Below, one piece after another: positions 57,473 through 64,000 of a DNA stretch of 64,000 nt. Positions within the stretch are counted from its first letter, which is position 1. The number at the start of each line of letters is the position of its first letter. Source of the stretch: Candidatus Aminicenantes bacterium (lineage in GTDB: Bacteria; Acidobacteriota; Aminicenantia; JAMOAD01); assembly GCA_027067555.1 (NCBI GenBank), contig JAMOVU010000172.1, positions 6,650 to 70,649 on the forward strand. Reading direction: 5' to 3'. Made by a program: the position numbers and the translations under genes. Below the pieces are notes generated by a model. That model searched no databases, was not told the origin of the DNA, and saw only the letters and a list, made by a program, of their open reading frames with translations.

Positions 57473-59143
57473 TTAAAATGAGACCCCGTAACCAACCTTT
57501 TTCCTGTCGGGTTTTGTGTATGTTTTATCTTTCTTTATTAAAATAGAGTTTGCCACTGCAATTGAATTTCTCCTTTTAACTTTATAACCGATTTTTTCCA
57601 GTTCCTTTACATAATTTTCAGGCATATTTTTATCCACAAACAGAATATCAGGAAGATATTGATGATGAATTCGGGGATATTCAGCCGCTTTTTTTAGTCC
57701 CATTCCTCTTTCCACTATATTTAATATTATCTGAATGGTTGCACTTATGATTTTAGGCCCTCCGGCTGCTCCGGAAATTATGTAGGGTATTCCATCTTTT
57801 AAAACTATTGCCGGGCTCATTGAACTCAGCATTCTTTTCCCCGGACCTGCAAGATTGTACTTTGATGTGATAAGACCGAACTGATTGGCATTTTTTTCAC
57901 CGAATCCAAAATCATCTATTTCATTGTTCATTATAATTCCTGTGCCTTTTGCAATTACTCCCGAGCCAAAGATAGAGTTAAGTGTATATGTGTTTGATAC
58001 AGCATTCCCCTCTCTGTCCACAACTGAAAAGTGGGTGGTATTATTTTTTTCAAAGTTGAAAGGTGTTGGCATTTTCTCTTTTTCTATTTTTAAAACTTTT
58101 CCTATTTTAATTAATTTTGCCTTTTCATTTGCATAATTAGGATTTAAAAATGCTTTGGATGGCAAATCCTTATGAAAATCCGAATCTCCCATATAGTATG
58201 ATCTATCGAAAAATGAAACTTTCATGGCTTCGGCAAGCAAATTATAATAAGAAACATCATCTTTTGGTATTTTGAAATTTTTAAATATATTTAAAATTTC
58301 GGCAATAACCGGACCTCCGGAAGATGGTAAAGATGGTAAAATGATTTTGTAACCTTTGTAGTTAACAATCACCGGTTTTCTTATGATTGCCTTATAATTT
58401 TGAAGGTCCTTTTTTGTAATCCATCCGCCGTGTGAGGTAAAATCCTTTTCTATCTTATCAGCTGTTTCTCCCTTGTAAAACCCATCAGGCCCCTTTTCCG
58501 CTATTAGTTTTAAAGTGTGTGCAAGTTCAGGCTGGATAAGAATATCACCGGCTATATAACCTTTTCCATTATTCAGAAAAATTTTCTCAGAATCAGGAAA
58601 GTATCTGAATAGTTTTTCATATCTTTTAAATGATTTTGCAAGGTACGGCCTAATAATAAATCCGTTTTCAGCTAACTCTATTGCTGGTTGTATCAGGGTT
58701 TTCCACTCAAGTTTCCCGTACATTTTCCATGCTTTGTAAAGGCCTTTTACAGTTCCTGGAACTCCCGATGCAAGGTATCCATAGAGGGACCTTGTCCTTA
58801 CAAAGTTTCCCTTTTCATCAAAAAAGGCTTTCAAATCAAATTTTGAGGGGGCTGTTTCCCTGTAATCTATGAAAACCGGCTCTTTATCTTTCATCTTAAT
58901 TATCATAAACCCTCCGCCTCCTATGTTTCCGGCCTGAGGATAGGTTACAGCCATTACAAATCCTATGGTGACAGCTGCATCCACAGCATTTCCGCCTTTC
59001 TCTATTATTCTCTTTCCTGCCAAAACAGATAGAGGCTCATCAGCGCTTATCCCCGCTTCATAAGAGAATAAGGGGGAGGTAAAAGCAATAATTAATAATA
59101 AAATAAAAAATTGTTTAGACTTTTGATAAAAATATTTTTTCAA
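57473..59143 (-). CDS. ggt: gamma-glutamyltranspeptidase
   Basis: Signal peptide; Ntn-hydrolase T-nucleophile region (NNTTHFSVVD) and GGT family length. Confidence 0.9.
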   Translation of the reverse strand: MKKYFYQKSKQFFILLLIIAFTSPLFSYEAGISADEPLSVLAGKRIIEKGGNAVDAAVTIGFVMAVTYPQAGNIGGGGFMIIKMKDKEPVFIDYRETAPSKFDLKAFFDEKGNFVRTRSLYGYLASGVPGTVKGLYKAWKMYGKLEWKTLIQPAIELAENGFIIRPYLAKSFKRYEKLFRYFPDSEKIFLNNGKGYIAGDILIQPELAHTLKLIAEKGPDGFYKGETADKIEKDFTSHGGWITKKDLQNYKAIIRKPVIVNYKGYKIILPSLPSSGGPVIAEILNIFKNFKIPKDDVSYYNLLAEAMKVSFFDRSYYMGDSDFHKDLPSKAFLNPNYANEKAKLIKIGKVLKIEKEKMPTPFNFEKNNTTHFSVVDREGNAVSNTYTLNSIFGSGVIAKGTGIIMNNEIDDFGFGEKNANQFGLITSKYNLAGPGKRMLSSMSPAIVLKDGIPYIISGAAGGPKIISATIQIILNIVERGMGLKKAAEYPRIHHQYLPDILFVDKNMPENYVKELEKIGYKVKRRNSIAVANSILIKKDKTYTKPDRKKVGYGVSF

Positions 59144-59900
59144 AATTAACCTCCAATTGTTTTTTTATCTTTTCTTCATCAATGCTTAAAAGCTCCGAAG
59201 CTTTTTTGTATGTATATATTACAAAGGATGGTTCATTTCTCTTTCCTCTCATTGGTACCGGAGCAAGGTAGGGAGCATCTGTTTCCAGAAGAAGCCTTTC
59301 AAGGGGAGTTTCCATAAAAGATTCTCTTATATTATCCGCTTTTTTAAATGTAATCATGCCTGAAAAGGAAACATAATATCCGAATTTCAAACCTTCCATT
59401 AAAAAGTCAGGATTTCCAGTGTAGCTGTGCAAAACACCTTTTATACCTTCTTCAAAAAGTATTTTTGCAGCATCATCAAAGGCATCTCTTAAATGAATTA
59501 TAATTGGAAGATCAAAATCCTTTGCAATTTCTATTTGGGCTTTAAATGCGGAAATTTGCTCTTCTTTAGGGGAAAAATTATAATAATAATCGAGTCCTAT
59601 TTCCCCGACCGCTTTTACTTTGCTGTCTTTGAGATAGATAAAAAGTTCTTTTTCTGTTTCCGAATTCCAATACTTTGCATTGTGAGGATGAACGCCAAAT
59701 GCAAGATAATAATCTTCTGTTTTCTTAACTATAGCTTTTACGGGCTCAATCTCTGCATCTTCATCGGTAAAATCTATGGGAGATAAAAGATACTTTAATC
59801 CTGAGTTCTTTGCTCTCTTTATTATTTCTTCTCTATCCTCTGAAAACTTCTTGCTTTCAAGATGAAAATGAGGGTCTATATAGTATTCTTTATTTTTCAT
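59115..59900 (-). CDS. tatD: TatD-family metal-dependent hydrolase
   Basis: YIDPHFHL N-terminus and TatD His/Asp pattern. Confidence 0.85.
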   Translation of the reverse strand: MKNKEYYIDPHFHLESKKFSEDREEIIKRAKNSGLKYLLSPIDFTDEDAEIEPVKAIVKKTEDYYLAFGVHPHNAKYWNSETEKELFIYLKDSKVKAVGEIGLDYYYNFSPKEEQISAFKAQIEIAKDFDLPIIIHLRDAFDDAAKILFEEGIKGVLHSYTGNPDFLMEGLKFGYYVSFSGMITFKKADNIRESFMETPLERLLLETDAPYLAPVPMRGKRNEPSFVIYTYKKASELLSIDEEKIKKQLEVNFEKIFLSKV

Positions 59901-59983
59901 TTTTAATTATAACATTTTTTTATTTCTTGGAAAGTGAGTAAACAAAAGTTTTTTCATTCCGTAAAAATTAAAAGGAGGTTATT

Positions 59984-60433
59984 ATGGGTAAAACAATAAA
60001 AATCGGAATATTTATCTGTGATCGTTACAAAAGCTGTGCTGGTGGAAAGTGTTTCAGAGCACTGGAGAATAGAGAGGGCGCATTTAAAATCTATGACAAA
60101 AGTGATAATGTTATTGTAGCAGGGTTTACAAGCTGTGGAGGATGTCCCGGAGGAAATATTGAGTATGCTCCCGAAGAGATGAAAAAAAATGGTGTTTCCG
60201 TAATTCACCTTGCAACAGGTTTTATAGTGGGTTATCCTCCATGTCCCTATATAAGATGCTTTAAAAAATTTATTGAAGAGAAATATGGGATTAAGGTTAT
60301 TTATGGTACCCATCCGATTCCCGAAAAATATTATAAAACCCACAAAAATTTGGGCACTTGGGAGGAGGATTGGTGGAAAGAAATATTGGAACCGGTCCTC
60401 GATAATGAGGAAATTAGAAAGGCATACGATTAA
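59984..60433 (+). CDS. CGGC-domain protein
   Basis: FTSCGGCPGG motif plus additional conserved Cys (CDRYKSCAGGKC). Confidence 0.7.
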   Translation: MGKTIKIGIFICDRYKSCAGGKCFRALENREGAFKIYDKSDNVIVAGFTSCGGCPGGNIEYAPEEMKKNGVSVIHLATGFIVGYPPCPYIRCFKKFIEEKYGIKVIYGTHPIPEKYYKTHKNLGTWEEDWWKEILEPVLDNEEIRKAYD

Positions 60434-60565
60434 ATTTTTTAATAATTAAAAAAATAACGAATCAAAAATCTCTGGTATAAATTATTAAATTAAATTCAGT
60501 TAAAATATTTGATATTTTATCTTTAATTTGTTAAAATTTTATCTAATTAAAAGAGGAGGTTTGCC

Positions 60566-60877
60566 ATGCCTGAGAAAAAGTTCGGGAATTTTACAGTGGA
60601 AGTTGATGAAAATGGTTATCTTGTAAATATGGATGATTGGAGTGAAGAACTTGCGAAGGAAATTGCCAAAGAGGTTGGAATTGAACTTACTGACAAACAT
60701 TTTAAAGTTATTAAATTTATCAGGGAAAAAATTAAAAATGGAGAAGCCCTCTCTATCAGGAAAATAGGAAAATCCGGAATAGTTTCCATTAAGGAATTTT
60801 ATCAATTATTTCCTGATGGCCCTTTAAAAAAGGCTTCTTTAATTGCCGGTGTGCCTAAACCGGCAGGTTGTGTGTGA
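60566..60877 (+). CDS. TusE/DsrC-family sulfur-carrier protein (single C-terminal Cys, TusE-type)
   Basis: C-terminus ...IAGVPKPAGCV as in TusE/DsrC; the second (CysB) Cys of true DsrC is absent. Confidence 0.8.
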   Translation: MPEKKFGNFTVEVDENGYLVNMDDWSEELAKEIAKEVGIELTDKHFKVIKFIREKIKNGEALSIRKIGKSGIVSIKEFYQLFPDGPLKKASLIAGVPKPAGCV

Positions 60878-60886
60878 GGTTTTACA

Positions 60887-61372
60887 ATGAGTGAAAAACT
60901 TAAGAAAGTATCTATTATATGCTCAAAAGGGACTATTGACAGTGTTTATGCTGCTCTTATACTTGCAAATGGGGCAAGGATGGAGGGAATAGAGGTTGAT
61001 ATGTTTTTCACCTTTTTCGGACTTGATGCTATTACAAAAAAGAAAATGGATAAACTCCATGTTGCCACAGTTGGAAATCCTGCTCTTTCTATGCCCGGTG
61101 GAATTCCCTTTCCGACAATAATCGGAATGCTTCCGGGGATTGAGGCAATTGTCTCCGCTATGATGAAAAAGGAGATGGAAAAGTTAGACATTCCTCCTGT
61201 AAGTGAATTTTTGGAGATGATAACAGCTTCCGGAGGGAAAATATTTGCATGTAAATTGGCGGTTGAAATGTTTAAGTTAAAAAAAGAGGATCTTTATGAT
61301 GATCTTGATGGTATTTTGACTGTTGGAGAATTTTACGAGAGAGCAGCAGGTTCTCAGATAATTTTTATTTAA
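60887..61372 (+). CDS. DsrE/DsrF-like (COG2210) protein
   Basis: KVSIICSKGT...FFTFFGLD pattern of DsrE/YchN fold with conserved Cys. Confidence 0.65.
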   Translation: MSEKLKKVSIICSKGTIDSVYAALILANGARMEGIEVDMFFTFFGLDAITKKKMDKLHVATVGNPALSMPGGIPFPTIIGMLPGIEAIVSAMMKKEMEKLDIPPVSEFLEMITASGGKIFACKLAVEMFKLKKEDLYDDLDGILTVGEFYERAAGSQIIFI

Positions 61373-61574
61373 GTTTTTTATAATAAAAGAAAAAATTTAA
61401 TAATTTGAACTATTTATAATAAGTTCGCAACTTTTAAAAGGATTCTTTGTTTTTTACTGTTCAATTGATCAGCTTTAAATCTATTGCTAAACTTTTAGGC
61501 TGAATATGAAAGTATTGACTTTTATTTAATTTTAGGGTATAAATATTCACAATTTTAAAAAAGAGGTGAGATGA

Positions 61575-61775
61575 GTGGCATATGTGCAGGTAAAAGAAAA
61601 TGAAAAATTTGAGTATGCTTTAAAAAGGTTTAAAAGAAAAGTACAGCAAGAAGCTATTATTAAGGAAATTAAAAAGCATTCTGTCTATTTAAAGCCGGGA
61701 GAAAGAAGAAGATTAAGAAAGCTTCAGGCACTTAAAAGAATTCACAAAAAAATCAGAAGGCTTTCAAACGATTAA
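61575..61775 (+). CDS. rpsU: 30S ribosomal protein S21
   Basis: MAYVQVKENE...ERRRLRKLQALKR...; promoter TTGACT-17-TATAAA upstream. Confidence 0.9.
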   Translation: MAYVQVKENEKFEYALKRFKRKVQQEAIIKEIKKHSVYLKPGERRRLRKLQALKRIHKKIRRLSND

Positions 61776-61849
61776 TAAAATATATTTTATTTAAAACTCT
61801 TAAATCTCAGCTTAATTGACATATTTTATTATTTTAATTATATTATTTT

Positions 61850-63562
61850 ATGGCTGATGATATCGTAAATAAGGAAGGGAAAAAGAAAAGAAAACCATTG
61901 GGACAGCGTCTCATTGAGGGTGGATTCATAACAAAAGAGCAGCTTAATCTTGCCTTAAAAGAGCAGGAAAGAACGGGAGCTATGTTGGGGGAGACACTGA
62001 TAAACCTTGGCTTTATAACTCCCGATGTTCTCTCAACCACACTTGCAGCTCAATCAGGGGTTGAATTTATTGATCTTAAAAGAACAGCTATTGAAGAAGA
62101 GGCAATAAAAAAAGTGCCCGAGGATATTTGTAAAAAGTATAATGTTATTCCTATTGATTATGATGAAGAGAAGAATGTTTTAACTGTTGCAGCAGAAAAT
62201 ATCTTTGATGTTGATGCTATTTCTGAGATAGAGGAGATTTCGGGAGCAAGGGTAAGGTTTGTATCAGCAGTTCCCGATGAAATAACTAATGCTATTGAGA
62301 TATATTACAGAGGCGGAAGATCCCTTGATGAACTTATAGAGGAGAGTATAAATCTTGCAAGCAGACCGGGAATAATGGCTCAGGAGCTTACTCTTGCAGA
62401 GGAAGCTCCTATTGTAAGGCTTGTTGATCAGCTTATAATAAAGGGGATCAAAGACAGAGCCACTGATATTCACATTGAGCCCGATGAGAAGGTTTTGAGA
62501 ATCAGGTATAGGATTGATGGAATAATGCAAATGGGTCCAACCATACCAAAAGCCATACAACCTCCTGTTATTGCAAGGCTGAAAATTCTTTCGGATGTTA
62601 ATATTGCAGAAGCAAGAATCCCTATGGACGGACGGGTTAAATTCAGAATAGGAAAAAAGGTAATAGACATAAGATCTTCTTTTTATCCGACGATTTTTGG
62701 ATACAATGTTGTTTTAAGGCTTTTGGATAAATCAAGAGTTGTTTTAGGACTTGAGAATCTTGGATTTAATGAAAAAAATCTTGAGAAGTTTAAAGATGTA
62801 ATAAGAAGACCTCACGGAATTGTTCTCGTAACAGGGCCTACCGGCTCTGGAAAAACCACAACCCTTTATTCTGCTCTGGCTTTTTTGAATTCTATTGAAA
62901 AAAATATAATAACAATTGAAGATCCCATTGAATATGAGTTCCCCATAATAAGACAATCTCAGGTAAATGAAAAAGCGGGTTTCACATTTGCAACAGGTTT
63001 GAGATCAATATTAAGACAGGACCCGGATATAATAATGGTTGGAGAAATGAGAGATAGAGAAACCATTGATATGGCCATAAGAGCTGCTTTAACAGGGCAT
63101 CTTGTATTCTCAACCCTTCATACGAATGATGCTGTTTCAGCTATTCCGAGATTGCTTGATATGGGAGTGGAGAGGTTTCTTTTGGCTTCCACTATAAATG
63201 CTATTATTGCTCAAAGGCTTGTAAGAACCATTTGTGAAAATTGCAAAGTGGAATATACTCCCGATCCTCTTATTTTAAAAAGGGTAGGTTGGGTAGGAGA
63301 GGAAAGGCCCAAGTTTTACAAAGGTGCAGGCTGCCCTGCGTGCAATAATACCGGCTATAAGGGAAGAATTGCTATCTTTGAAATGTTAGTTATTACTCCT
63401 CGTTTAAGGGAGTTAATATCTTCAGGGGCTAATTTTACAGAGATAAAGAATGCGGCTCTTGAAGAGGGCCTTGTTACTCTCTTTGAGGATGGAATGGAAA
63501 AAGCAAGAGAGGGAAAAACCACCCTTGAAGAGGTAGTAAGGGTTAGTTACGGGGAAGTGTAA
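61850..63562 (+). CDS. type IV pilus assembly / type II secretion ATPase (GspE/PilB family) with N-terminal MshEN-like domain
   Basis: Walker A GPTGSGKTT, Asp box, His box, C-terminal CxxC...CxxC; N-terminal MshEN-like domain (motif matches given in the finding at 61850..63562). Confidence 0.9.
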   Translation: MADDIVNKEGKKKRKPLGQRLIEGGFITKEQLNLALKEQERTGAMLGETLINLGFITPDVLSTTLAAQSGVEFIDLKRTAIEEEAIKKVPEDICKKYNVIPIDYDEEKNVLTVAAENIFDVDAISEIEEISGARVRFVSAVPDEITNAIEIYYRGGRSLDELIEESINLASRPGIMAQELTLAEEAPIVRLVDQLIIKGIKDRATDIHIEPDEKVLRIRYRIDGIMQMGPTIPKAIQPPVIARLKILSDVNIAEARIPMDGRVKFRIGKKVIDIRSSFYPTIFGYNVVLRLLDKSRVVLGLENLGFNEKNLEKFKDVIRRPHGIVLVTGPTGSGKTTTLYSALAFLNSIEKNIITIEDPIEYEFPIIRQSQVNEKAGFTFATGLRSILRQDPDIIMVGEMRDRETIDMAIRAALTGHLVFSTLHTNDAVSAIPRLLDMGVERFLLASTINAIIAQRLVRTICENCKVEYTPDPLILKRVGWVGEERPKFYKGAGCPACNNTGYKGRIAIFEMLVITPRLRELISSGANFTEIKNAALEEGLVTLFEDGMEKAREGKTTLEEVVRVSYGEV

Positions 63563-64000
63563 TGCCGGCATTTTCATACAAAGCAAGAAATTATGCAGGA
63601 GAAAGTATTGAAGGCGTTATGAATGCGAGAACCCTTGAAGAGTTGGAGCAGCAGCTGTTAAATATGGATCTTGTTCTGATTAATGCATCTCAACTTAAAG
63701 AGAGTAAAAAAACTTCAAGAGGTAAAATTAAAAGGAGAGAACTTATACTCTTTAGTATTCACATAGCAACCTCTCTTGAAGCGGGCGTACCCATTATAGT
63801 TGCACTCTCTGATTTTGCAGAAAGTACGGATAATCCCACTTTTAAAAATATTTTAGCAGGAATTATCAGGCAAATTGAATCGGGAAGCTCTTTTTCGGAT
63901 GCTCTTGAAACTTACCCGAATGCTTTTCCTGAAATATATGTGAGTATAATAAGAGCCGGAGAAGCCACCGGAAACCTTGATTCTGTTTTAAGAGAATTGA
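63562..64000 (+). CDS. type IV pilus / T2SS inner-membrane platform protein (PilC/GspF), 3'-truncated by window edge
   Basis: GspF N-terminal domain pattern (LSDFAESTDNP...LETYPNAFPEIYVSIIRAGEATGNLD); ATG overlaps upstream TAA (TAATG). Confidence 0.8.
   Translation, partial: MPAFSYKARNYAGESIEGVMNARTLEELEQQLLNMDLVLINASQLKESKKTSRGKIKRRELILFSIHIATSLEAGVPIIVALSDFAESTDNPTFKNILAGIIRQIESGSSFSDALETYPNAFPEIYVSIIRAGEATGNLDSVLREL

Noticed and set aside
1-64000. CRISPR arrays, IS elements, transposases, prophage or restriction-modification genes
   Set aside because: No regularly spaced direct repeats, terminal inverted repeats, DDE/serine/tyrosine recombinase motifs or phage structural genes were seen anywhere in the window.

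Overview
AT-rich (roughly 30% GC) chromosomal segment from a flagellated, diderm, probably anaerobic and peptide-fermenting bacterium. The diderm call rests on OM beta-barrel proteins with C-terminal aromatic residues, MlaD, TatA and an L,D-transpeptidase. Coding density is high and most genes are recognisable housekeeping or metabolic genes: dus, glnA, buk, rpsT, comEC, nrdD/nrdG, ZIP transporter, FabK-like oxidoreductase, C69/C1/M32/M20 peptidases, ggt, pckA, rph, trpS, scpAB, radA, rpsU. There is one tRNA-Met(CAU). A flagellar rod/MS-ring/export operon flgB-flgC-fliE-fliF-fliG-fliH-fliI-fliJ-(ylxF-like)-fliK lies at 27.3-35.3 kb, with a weak sigma54-like promoter upstream. The window ends in a GspE/PilB-type ATPase (with an MshEN-like N-domain) followed by a 3'-truncated PilC/GspF. 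The most unusual loci are: (i) an anaerobic class III RNR locus in which the NrdD zinc-ribbon cysteines appear replaced by serines and the glycyl-radical motif sits on a separate 68-aa ORF with its own Shine-Dalgarno, preceded by two NrdR-box-like palindromes; (ii) a minus-strand cluster GT2 processive glycosyltransferase - orphan 210-aa protein - B12-binding radical-SAM enzyme with a long N-terminal extension; (iii) a CGGC-domain / TusE-like (single-Cys DsrC homologue) / DsrE-like sulfur-carrier cluster; (iv) a 774-aa predicted outer-membrane protein immediately upstream of flgB. No CRISPR array, IS element, integrase or prophage was recognised. All functional calls rest on motif recognition by eye and should be confirmed by HMM or BLAST searches.
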